DNA of 64,000 bases from a virus, in IMG/VR virus record IMGVR_UViG_3300043468_001414, positions 1 to 64,000 of that record; one strand, written 5' to 3'. Shown piece after piece: positions 17,954-26,500 of this stretch (position 1 is its first letter; every line of letters starts with the position of its first letter). The notes under the pieces were generated by a model. That model did not search any database and had not been told where the DNA came from. It saw nothing but the letters and a program-made list of their open reading frames with translations. Position numbers and translations under genes: made by a program.

Positions 17954-18027
17954 TGCAGGATAGAGAAACGGTATCTCACGAGGCCCATAACCTTGGGTTC
18001 CGGGTTCAACTCCCGGTCCTGCTACCA
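17954..18027 (+). tRNA. tRNA-Met(CAT), initiator-like
   Basis: Acceptor (T)GCAGGA/TCCTGC(T), D stem GAGA/TCTC, anticodon stem CGAGG/CCTTG with loop CCCATAA, T arm CCGGG-TTCAACT-CCCGG, encoded CCA. Confidence 0.9.
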
Positions 18028-18047
18028 TTTACCACCACCACGAACCG

Positions 18048-18082
18048 CTGGCAGACCGGTCCCAAAGTCTGCCAATTTTTTT
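18048..18082 (+). terminator. Intrinsic terminator after the tRNA
   Basis: TGGCAGAC-N10-GTCTGCCA followed by ATTTTTTT. Confidence 0.7.
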
Positions 18083-18871
18083 ATGACTGTTAAACAATCT
18101 GACGCAGATCAGCTGCAGAAGCAAAAAAATGCAAAAATGGCTATGCTTCGTTACCAAGCCAGCAAGTCGATCGATGCCCAAGGAGACAAGATGACGATGC
18201 CTGGTCTGGCTTTGGGGGCTCTGACTGGTGCGGCGATCGGATCTAGAAAGGGTGGAGTGTTGCCGGTGGCTGCTGTGGGTGGCGCGTTGGGAATGCTTGG
18301 GCTCCGCATGGCTGGTAAGGCAGATGAAAGAAATCGACTGAACAACTTGGCTAAAGATATGAAAAAAACAAACCTACAAGCACTTAAACCTGCGCTTCGC
18401 GAACTCGCGGCTCGCTCGGAACAACTCAAGGAATTCGCCATGGTGCGCGACGCCAGTGGCCGTTATGTCGAAGTCGAAGAAGATGGATTTCCCGTCGGCG
18501 CGGCTGTAAAGGCAGGTGCGGGCGCGGCTGCTCTCGGCGGCGCAGGCTACGGAGCTTACAGAGGGCATCAAGCAATCATGGGGAAATTCGGCACTTTCGG
18601 TCCTATGGAGGCGGGTAAAAACCGCTATGTCGAGGCTTACAAAGGTGCTGGAGCCGCTGGGTTCGGGGCCGTTAAAGCTGGTGGCCAAGCTGGCTGGGAC
18701 TCTTTAAAAAATGCTGGACAAGGAGCGATGAACTCCTCTCAGACTGCCGTTCAGAGCGGAGTGAACTCCGCTAAGACGGCTGCTCAATCGGGATTGAATA
18801 CCGCTAAAAAATCCGGATTTGGAAGAAGGCTGCGCGCCGGATTGCTCGGGGCTGCTCGCTGGATGAAATAA
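18083..18871 (+). CDS. Two-module glycine-zipper protein with LRELAARS linker
   Basis: LQALKPALRELAARSEQLKEF at 18374; GxxxG-rich segments on both sides. Confidence 0.7.
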   Translation: MTVKQSDADQLQKQKNAKMAMLRYQASKSIDAQGDKMTMPGLALGALTGAAIGSRKGGVLPVAAVGGALGMLGLRMAGKADERNRLNNLAKDMKKTNLQALKPALRELAARSEQLKEFAMVRDASGRYVEVEEDGFPVGAAVKAGAGAAALGGAGYGAYRGHQAIMGKFGTFGPMEAGKNRYVEAYKGAGAAGFGAVKAGGQAGWDSLKNAGQGAMNSSQTAVQSGVNSAKTAAQSGLNTAKKSGFGRRLRAGLLGAARWMK

Positions 18872-18888
18872 TAAGTCTGCCTCTCTTT

Positions 18889-19416
18889 ATGATTAACCAC
18901 AAGCTCGCTTTGGGAATGGGGCGCCTCGGTGACGGCGGCCCTATGGATAAGCTCATGAAGGCGTGGGCTAATTCAAAAATTCGTCCTTCTGCCTCTACAT
19001 TGAAAGCTGCCCAAAAGCTGCCTAATAGTTATCCTCAAAAGAAAGCGGCTTTGAGAGGAGTTATCTCGCGCGACGAGATTGCAGATCTTTTGCGGAACGC
19101 GAGGTCTGAGAAGGATTTCTCAGCCAACCTCAAACTCCAACTCCGTGAACTCGCCGCCCGCTCCGAGCGGGTGGTGGAATTTGCGGGCGGGTATGTGAAT
19201 ACAAGCCAGGGTGTGTTGAACGAATCCGGCGCGGGAGGGCATTTCAATCGAAATGCCGGAGCTTACTACGGCACCCTTTTGTTTCCCGGTGTTGGCACAG
19301 CGATCGGGGCGCTCATCGATCTGAACCGCCGGAAAAAGAATCGCATCTACACCGAAGAGGAAAACCCGATTTCCGATAGAACAGCAGCAAGCTTGGCGCG
19401 GGGATTTTCAAAATGA
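18889..19416 (+). CDS. Two-module protein with LRELAARS linker
   Basis: FSANLKLQLRELAARSERVVEF at 19117; hydrophobic GTLLFPGVGTAIGALI. Confidence 0.7.
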   Translation: MINHKLALGMGRLGDGGPMDKLMKAWANSKIRPSASTLKAAQKLPNSYPQKKAALRGVISRDEIADLLRNARSEKDFSANLKLQLRELAARSERVVEFAGGYVNTSQGVLNESGAGGHFNRNAGAYYGTLLFPGVGTAIGALIDLNRRKKNRIYTEEENPISDRTAASLARGFSK

Positions 19417-19988
19417 GTTCTTTGCGTGAATTTTCCTCGGCAATCATGCAGAAGCATCTCCTTCGGGCCAAGCTTCGCCAATTGGTGAATAAGGCGCGGG
19501 TCTATGGACGCACTCCGGAGAATGTGGGAGAGATTAAAAAGGGCTGGGGCGCATACGATGCCATGAAAGCGCGAGCTTTCGCCGCTCAAGTCGCCGCTCT
19601 TCGTGAACTCGCCGCCCGCTCCGCGCGGGTGGTGGAGCTGGCTCGCGGGGATTATGTAATCAAGCACATGAAGTTGAATCCAGGCGCGTGGCGTGGAGCG
19701 ACCGACACAAAAAGAGCGGCTCAAGGGAAATTTAGCCAGCGGATGACAGAAGCTATTCAAGACGTTTTAGACGACAAGAGAAAGTTACCATTCTCCGTAA
19801 GTAACAATCGGGGCTCGGTTGCTGCTGATTATGCTAAACAGGCCAGAGATGAGATGGCTATGTCAAGAAAGGAGATTGCTTGGTGGCTAAGAAGTCAAAG
19901 AGAGGCCGCTCAAGGTCGATCTTTCCGGCCATTCAGCGATCATCTTTATCACGCGCGAGAGCGCGGCTCGAGGTCGCAAATGTTTTAA
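19413..19988 (+). CDS. Two-module basic protein with LRELAARS linker
   Basis: MSSLREFS start; FAAQVAALRELAARSARVVELARGDY at 19578. Confidence 0.7.
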   Translation: MSSLREFSSAIMQKHLLRAKLRQLVNKARVYGRTPENVGEIKKGWGAYDAMKARAFAAQVAALRELAARSARVVELARGDYVIKHMKLNPGAWRGATDTKRAAQGKFSQRMTEAIQDVLDDKRKLPFSVSNNRGSVAADYAKQARDEMAMSRKEIAWWLRSQREAAQGRSFRPFSDHLYHARERGSRSQMF

Positions 19989-20123
19989 CAAAATTTTAGT
20001 AGGCATGGGCATGGCAGGCAAGCCGTGAGTGCCATGGAGGAGGTTTTTTCAAGGATGCGTCCTTGAAATTCATCCTAAGCGCCGCAAACCGCAGCGGCTC
20101 CTCCGAACCACGGGGCGGAATGA

Positions 20124-20152
20124 AAGCGCCATCTCTCAAGGATGGCGTTTTT
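20124..20152 (+). terminator. Intrinsic terminator directly before a GTTGAC motif
   Basis: AAGCGCCATC-TCTCAAG-GATGGCGTTT followed by TT. Confidence 0.65.
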
Positions 20153-20173
20153 GTTGACCATGCGATTGGGGGC

Positions 20174-20578
20174 ATGGCGAATGTAAACAAGGTGATTCTC
20201 ATCGGGAATCTCACGCGGAATGTGGAGGTGAAGTTCACCTCCAAGGGAACGGCGGTGGCCTCGGCCTCTCTGGCGATCAACCGCAGCTACAAGACCGACC
20301 AGGGCGAGAAGCGGGAGGAAACGACTTTTGTGGATGTGGACTTCTGGGGGCGCGTGGCCGAGATCGTGGCGGAATACGCGAAGAAGGGCGATCCGCTCTA
20401 TGTCGAGGGGCGGCTCAAGCAGGAAAGCTGGGAGGAAAAAGAAACCGGCAAAAAGCGCACACGCTTGAAGATTGTGGGCGAAAACATTCAACTCTTAGGC
20501 TCTCGCTCGAAAGCCCCCTCCCCTGCCCCACAGGCAGGGGCGGAAGCAGGGCCATCCGAAGAGACGGAGCCATTTTAA
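20174..20578 (+). CDS. ssb: Single-stranded DNA-binding protein
   Basis: NKVILIGNLTR...KGDPLYVEGRL; C-terminal EETEPF. Confidence 0.95.
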   Translation: MANVNKVILIGNLTRNVEVKFTSKGTAVASASLAINRSYKTDQGEKREETTFVDVDFWGRVAEIVAEYAKKGDPLYVEGRLKQESWEEKETGKKRTRLKIVGENIQLLGSRSKAPSPAPQAGAEAGPSEETEPF

Positions 20579-20579
20579 T

Positions 20580-20834
20580 ATGCCAAGGATCATTTACACG
20601 ATTTATAACACGAAAGACCTGACTCAAAAGAAGGTCTTGAATGCCATGGGGTATGAGCAGGCGTTGGAGGAGGCTTTACTGGGGTTGGGATTCACTCACT
20701 CCGACATCACGAGGCTTGGAACTGGCGTGGGCGATCTGGAGCTGGCGTTGAGCGATCTGGGCTGGGTGGTCGGCAAGGATGTGGATGCGCCGTATCAAGA
20801 CGAGCACATGATGTCGATGCAGTCGCGGGGTTGA
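20580..20834 (+). CDS. Hypothetical protein
   Basis: ORF directly after ssb. Confidence 0.55.
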   Translation: MPRIIYTIYNTKDLTQKKVLNAMGYEQALEEALLGLGFTHSDITRLGTGVGDLELALSDLGWVVGKDVDAPYQDEHMMSMQSRG

Positions 20835-20851
20835 CCATCGCGCCGGTGGCG

Positions 20852-21178
20852 ATGGGATTCGAGGATTCAATGGCATTGGCAGATGGCGCCCTTTTCGAGG
20901 AAATGGGCGCCTTGATCACGATCGGCGGGCAGACGATCTCGGCAATCCGGCAGCCCAGCGAGGCGACGAGCATGGCGGCGGACGGGGGGTTTGCAAAGGA
21001 TCAGACGGCGAGGTTTGAGATTTCGATGGAGGACTTCGTGGCGAAGGCGGTGAAACTCGGGCAGAAGGTCGCCCAGGGCGCGGAGCAATGGCGAATCGCC
21101 TCCCTGCGTCACAAGGGCGGCACGATGGAACTGGTCTGCATGGCGACAAGCGGCCAGGGCGGGAGGGCGGAATTTTAA
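20852..21178 (+). CDS. Putative head-tail joining / head closure protein
   Basis: About 108 aa beta-rich protein in the neck position; start set by the GTTGAC motif. Confidence 0.55.
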   Translation: MGFEDSMALADGALFEEMGALITIGGQTISAIRQPSEATSMAADGGFAKDQTARFEISMEDFVAKAVKLGQKVAQGAEQWRIASLRHKGGTMELVCMATSGQGGRAEF

Positions 21179-21181
21179 TTT

Positions 21182-21598
21182 ATGGATGAGGTCACTGGGC
21201 TTTTGGAGTCGGAGTTGGCGGCGTTGTTCACGCAGGATGCCGTGGTGGATTGCGATGTCTTGCCAGGGGCGGCGGTCGGCGAGCGGCCCGATGAGTATGT
21301 GAGCATCGTGGCGGTGGAGAGCGAGTATCGGGCGATGCGATCCTATATTGTGGAGGTGGAATTTCGGTGCGTTGTGCCGCTGGATGATGCGGGGGCGCTT
21401 GGTAGGGCGAAGCAGAGGCTTCGCCAAGTTACGGATTTTCTTGCGGGAAATGCCTTGCGGCAATCTGGGCAGACTGGCCCGGGGCCGGTGACGCTGGCGT
21501 TGGCTGGATTTGTGATGCGATCCCTTTCGAGTCAAACCGGAGAGCGCAGTCGTGCGGAGATTGCGAGAGTGCGGTTCGGCGTTTCTGTGGTGAGTTGA
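21182..21598 (+). CDS. Putative tail terminator/completion protein
   Basis: Size and position between neck and tail tube. Confidence 0.45.
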   Translation: MDEVTGLLESELAALFTQDAVVDCDVLPGAAVGERPDEYVSIVAVESEYRAMRSYIVEVEFRCVVPLDDAGALGRAKQRLRQVTDFLAGNALRQSGQTGPGPVTLALAGFVMRSLSSQTGERSRAEIARVRFGVSVVS

Positions 21599-21642
21599 CA
21601 GCGCAGAGATTGGGAAATGCAGTTTTAAAAATAGGAGAAATT

Positions 21643-21981
21643 ATGGCACTAAAAGCAGTTCACAATCCAGAGTCCTTTGTGTGGGGGCCAACAGCAACTT
21701 CTGCGGCTGGTCAGGCCGGCGTCACTGGTATCATTTCGACTTCTACTCGAAAGTCTTTCAATAGCGAAGTCGAGCTTGTTGGTGGAGACGGAGAGTTGAT
21801 CGATGTGCTATATTCAGGAGCGGAAAATACGATCACAGAAACTAAGTATGGCGACACTTTTGTTCATGCGATAGGCGGCGGCACTTATGATACTGGAATT
21901 ACTGTAAAGCAATCAATTCAGTATTCCAATGAAGACGCGACAAGAGTGACTGTAGAAAAACTTCAAAAAAACACTGATTAA
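21643..21981 (+). CDS. Putative tail tube-like protein 1
   Basis: SD AGGAGA; T/S/G-rich; similar to the next gene. Confidence 0.45.
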   Translation: MALKAVHNPESFVWGPTATSAAGQAGVTGIISTSTRKSFNSEVELVGGDGELIDVLYSGAENTITETKYGDTFVHAIGGGTYDTGITVKQSIQYSNEDATRVTVEKLQKNTD

Positions 21982-21983
21982 TT

Positions 21984-22337
21984 ATGGCATTTAAATATAT
22001 AACCACTGATGGACAGAACAAAATAGGCGTCCCGGACGCGGATGTCACACAAGCAGGAATTACTGCAATTACGCAAGCTTCCGCAGAAGCTTCTGCAGGG
22101 ACCATTGTTCGTGCGAAAAATGGCGCAGGAGAAATTGTGGGTGTCTTGCTTGGCAAGAAGACGATTAGCATGTCCGTGAGCGGCTACTCGTCTGTTAAGG
22201 AAGGCGCAAAATTAGGAGAGGTCTTAAGGGTCGGAGCGGTTGATGGAATTGTTACTTCGTCATCAATTGAGGCTACCTCAGAAGATTTTACTAAATTCAG
22301 CGCCGAGGGTCGGGCTATTAACGGCGGGGTTGCGTAA
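21984..22337 (+). CDS. Putative tail tube-like protein 2
   Basis: Paralogous pattern; followed by a strong terminator, as expected for a highly expressed tail gene. Confidence 0.45.
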   Translation: MAFKYITTDGQNKIGVPDADVTQAGITAITQASAEASAGTIVRAKNGAGEIVGVLLGKKTISMSVSGYSSVKEGAKLGEVLRVGAVDGIVTSSSIEATSEDFTKFSAEGRAINGGVA

Positions 22338-22354
22338 AGCCGATAGTCTTTAAG

Positions 22355-22382
22355 AGGGCCGCCTTCGGGCGGCCTTTTTTTT
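22355..22382 (+). terminator. Intrinsic terminator
   Basis: AGGGCCGCC-TTCG-GGCGGCC followed by T8. Confidence 0.9.
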
Positions 22383-22404
22383 GTTGACGCGCGGAGTTTT
22401 GGAA

Positions 22405-22692
22405 ATGGAGAAAACCTACCGCTTTGCCCATGCGGAAACAGCCATTGAGTTGCTGCGGCCGCTTGCCGTGGATTATGTAGCGCAAGGGCAATATACGATG
22501 CAGGGCTTCGCGATCTTGGAGTGGAATGATCCGAGGCCGCAGCCGGAACTCGAAGAAATCCAGATCCTCGTGGTGGCGCTGAGGGCGGCAGAAGATTTGG
22601 CGGTGCCGGTGTATACGGAGGAGCAGCTTGCTGTGATCGGCCCGAGCGAGGAGGTTCAGGAGCCTCTTGATGAGGGCTTGGGTGGCGTATGA
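22405..22692 (+). CDS. Small tail-associated protein (XkdW-like)
   Basis: AIELLRP...ILEWNDPRPQP.LEEI. Confidence 0.45.
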   Translation: MEKTYRFAHAETAIELLRPLAVDYVAQGQYTMQGFAILEWNDPRPQPELEEIQILVVALRAAEDLAVPVYTEEQLAVIGPSEEVQEPLDEGLGGV

Positions 22693-23501
22693 GATTTGTT
22701 TTCGATGAGCGGTTTGCCGCTGGTTTTTTTCATGATCCCTGCAAAAGGTTGTGGGGCAAGAGGCTCCAGCCGTTTTCTTACTGGCATAAGGCTCAGCTTG
22801 AGTATGTGCAGAGTCGATTTTTGACAGGCGAAGTGCCTAAGCTTTGGGATGTTTGGGTGGCAAGAAAGATCTTAGCGACGAGGTATCCCGAGGTGGCTCG
22901 GCTTCGTCCGCGGTATCCGGATTGGTGGTATTTGGGGTGGAAGGCTCTGTATGGCTGGAGAAATCTGTCTCGCGGCGTAAGAGGGATCGTCAAGCATATC
23001 AATAACTTCTCTTCGGGGCCAAAATTTTGGCCGAAGGGCGGGTCTTATCGCCGGTTGGCGGATGCTTACCGGTTGCTGGCGAAAGAAATGGCTGATCCAT
23101 TATTGCTTCAAAAGGCTTACCAGGCCGATTGCGCGGCGGATACGGAAGAGACGGGCAAGCGGGATATGGATGACTCCGTGGAGCAAGTTTCGATTTATAT
23201 GAAATATGCGGGGCGCTCAGCGGTGGAAGCGTGGAATATGCCGATCGGAGAGCTTCTTTGGCATAACGCGTGTTTTCTCAAGATGGAAGGGGCCGATGTG
23301 CCGATCTGGTCGCCTACGGACGAAATGTTCTTCAAGCAGCACAAGGCTCAGCGGCACCAGAAGCTGCTGAAGTTGGGAGAAGAAAAGCAAAGCGAGAACC
23401 CAACATTGACGAGATCTTTGGCTTTTGCTCTGGCGAGCGTGGAGTATTGGGAGGAGATCGTTAGCCAAAAGAAAGGCTCTGTGGGAGGGCGCGGGCGTTG
23501 A
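22689..23501 (+). CDS. Putative tail assembly chaperone
   Basis: Directly upstream of the tape measure; helical; EAWNMPIG. Confidence 0.45.
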   Translation: MRFVFDERFAAGFFHDPCKRLWGKRLQPFSYWHKAQLEYVQSRFLTGEVPKLWDVWVARKILATRYPEVARLRPRYPDWWYLGWKALYGWRNLSRGVRGIVKHINNFSSGPKFWPKGGSYRRLADAYRLLAKEMADPLLLQKAYQADCAADTEETGKRDMDDSVEQVSIYMKYAGRSAVEAWNMPIGELLWHNACFLKMEGADVPIWSPTDEMFFKQHKAQRHQKLLKLGEEKQSENPTLTRSLAFALASVEYWEEIVSQKKGSVGGRGR

Positions 23502-23517
23502 CTGGAGGCTTTCGGGT

Positions 23518-26500
23518 ATGGCATTACCGGGAAATATTACCCCACCAACAGGAGCGTGGAAGTTAGTTAAGGATTTGGTTGCAGACACTGTGGGGCCGAT
23601 GGCGGTTTTGGCGGCTGGAGCCGGGGCGTTTGTGAAGGCCTCCGCTGGCGCGGCTCTCAACGCTCAACAGATGCAACAAGCTCTCGCGGCAAGTGATGGC
23701 GCTGATCGACTAAAAAAGCAATTTGAGACGCTTTTAGGAAGCGCCTCGGCAGCGAAGAGGCAGGTCGAGATGCTGGCGAAGGCGGCTTCGAGCGGAGCAT
23801 TTACTTTTGATTCTCTTGCTCAAGCGAGCAAGAATTTGCAAGTCATGACCAACGGGGCGCTCAACACGGAGCAAGCCCTAAATAAAATCCAAGATGCGGC
23901 GGCGGCGACGGGTGCACCCGTGGATACGATGGCGGCCTCGGTCGCGGATCTTTACTCGACTCTCAAGCAGGGCCAGGGAGTTGAGGGCGCGGCGGATCAG
24001 CTTAAGCAGTTGGGGGCTATTTCTGACGGGACGGCTGAAAAGATAAAAAGTTTGAGCCAGGCTGGGGTCGGCCTTTCTACGACTTGGCAGATCGTCGAGG
24101 CTGATCTCAAAAGGGCCAGCGGAGCGGCCAGTGAACTTGGGGGAACGATTTCCGGGCTTCAACAGCAACTTGCTAATATCCAGCAATCCAGCGACACGAA
24201 GATTGGCGAGATGTTTGCCGAGGGTGAAAAGGCGGGCTTACGGGCGGCGATTGGGTTTCAGAAATTCTCGGCAGCGGTAGCAGAGGCGAATGCTGGCCCT
24301 TGGGCTGCATTCAATGAGGCTATCAATACTGTTAAGGAATCGATCGGAGGGTTCCTTGGCAAGGTGGCTGAGACAGGTGCAGTCAAGGGAGCTTTTCAAG
24401 CTTTGGGCGTGGTGGCGATCGCTGTCCTGGTTGGGATCAATGCGGCCATCTTTGGAGTCCTTGCAAGCATTGGGAAATTTATTGTTGCCACGGGAGCCTT
24501 GAGGGTTGCAATGACTGCTTTGGGAAGTGTTATGGCGGGGTTTGCGGGATTTGTTTCTGTTGCTACGCTTGGCGCTTCGGCGGCGGCGGCGGCTATTATC
24601 GGGATTGGGGTCGCAGCCCTCAATGCAGAAAACAACTTGCGTGGGTTGATTGAGAAGCTGAAGGTCTTTACCTCGGAGTCCGACAAGTCTGCCTCGGCGA
24701 GCGCGGGAGCTTCAACGAATATACGAAGCCCCGAGGAGCAAAAGAAGCAAATAGACATTATCGACCAGCAATTAAAGATGCTGGAGGAGAATAAAAAAGA
24801 AGGCCAGAAAACCATCGAGCAAGGCAGAGAGAATTCGAGTGCCAATCCTGTCTTTAGTCCGATTAAAAGATTTGCTACCGGCCCGGCGCAGGTTGCCGCT
24901 GGAGAGTTCTTAGTGAAAGATGCGGATCGGAGAAAGAAAGAGCTGCTGGATCTAAGAGCTAAGGTCAGCCAGTCCTCTGTCGGCCCCGATAATGCGCGAT
25001 TTGAAAAGGAAGAAGCTCAGAGAAAACAGGAAAAGGAGATTTCAGAAAGAGCCCGCGAGCGAATCCAAGCCAGCGCCTCGCCGAAAGTGGCTAAAGAAAT
25101 GGCGCAGCAGCAGAAAGAAAAAGCTGACAGGGAATTAAATGAGGCTCAAGTTTCTCAAAAGAATGCGTTTAAGGATGAGGGCCGATTAAACAAGGCTTCA
25201 TCAGATTTCTCTACGGGAAGGGATAATATCGCGACCGCCCGCTCGGATTTTTTTACTGCGAAGCAGTCGAATGATGAGGCTATTGAAAAAGAAGTAGATC
25301 GCCTCGCTGGAGGCAAAGGTCTTCGGAAGCGGCAAACGCCTGAGCAGATTAAGCAGTTGCGCGAAATGGCGACGAGCAACTTGATGTCAGACAAAACTTT
25401 TGCCAATAATCAAGCAACCGTCGATGCCGGTCTTCCCACGGAAGTTCTCTCGGTGGAAGGTTTCGATCAGGCGGCCCAAGAGGCGAAGTCTAAAAGCGGA
25501 AAATTACAGGCCGAGCGGGCGAAACGGCAGGCTTTGCTGGAGGAGCGGGAGTCGGCGACTGCGGCGGCAGACCTTGCCAAGCGGCAGGGGGATAGCGTCG
25601 GCGGCGCGGATGCCTTGCGGCGACTGGCTGATGTGGACTTGCAGGCTAGAAATCTCTCTGATCCAGAAACGGGCCAGCAACTTGGGGCGTCCGCTTTAGA
25701 CCCAGAGCAAATGCGCAGTCTGGATTCCCAGATCAGCCAAGCCAAGGACTCGGAGGATGTCGGCAAAAAGCGAGCCGCGAAAGAGGTGGCTGACATTCAA
25801 GTTCAGATGACCTCTGAGGCGGAGGCTGCCGACTCTGCTGCGAATCAAGCGGCAGAGAGAAAACTTAATGCTGAGCGGCAGGTTGCTGCGCTTGGGTCGT
25901 CCGATAGGGCTGCGAAAGCAGAATTGGAACCAGAAATCAAGCAGCTTGAAGAAAAGTTGAGGGCCGTAAAAGCCTTGGAGGCGGCGGAAAGGGCTTATCA
26001 GGCAGCTCAGATGGGTGGGGATTCAAAAGAAATCGCGAAGGCCTCGGCTAATCTCAATGAAAGAAAAATTGAGGCGGCGGGAGCGGGCGTGCAGCAAGGC
26101 GATACTTCGGATTCTGTTACTCAAGAAAAATCGGGAGTGGAGCAGATTTTGAAAATTCGCCAACAACAGTATGCCATCGAGCAGGCGGCGGCGCAGGCTC
26201 GCCGCAACGAAATCATGCAGGAGCTTCGCCTGATGCAGCAGCTCGCGCAGTTGAATCTTTCTAATGCGACAGGAACGACAGGGGGGGGCGAAGGGGTTGG
26301 CGGAGATATAAAAGAGCAAGAAGGGAAGGTGGCGGCTGCTCAGGCTGAGGTGGAGGCGGCCAATAAAAGCGGAGATCAGCAGAAGATCGGCGAAGCGCAA
26401 GCTAAGCTTGAAGCAGAGCAAGCGAAGCTTGGCCAGATGCGGGCCGATGGCGGAGATATAAAAGAGCAAGAAGGGAAGGTGGCGGCTGCTCGGGCTAAGG

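Noticed and set aside
17993-18082. N-terminal extension of ORF 17993-18871 (likewise 20063 for ssb and 23425 for the tape measure)
   Set aside because: The extensions overlap the tRNA, terminators or the upstream gene; downstream ATGs at 18083, 20174 and 23518 fit better
22405-23501. Programmed -1 frameshift in tail chaperone genes
   Set aside because: No convincing slippery heptamer at the end of 22405-22692; the two ORFs are joined by an ordinary ATGA overlap
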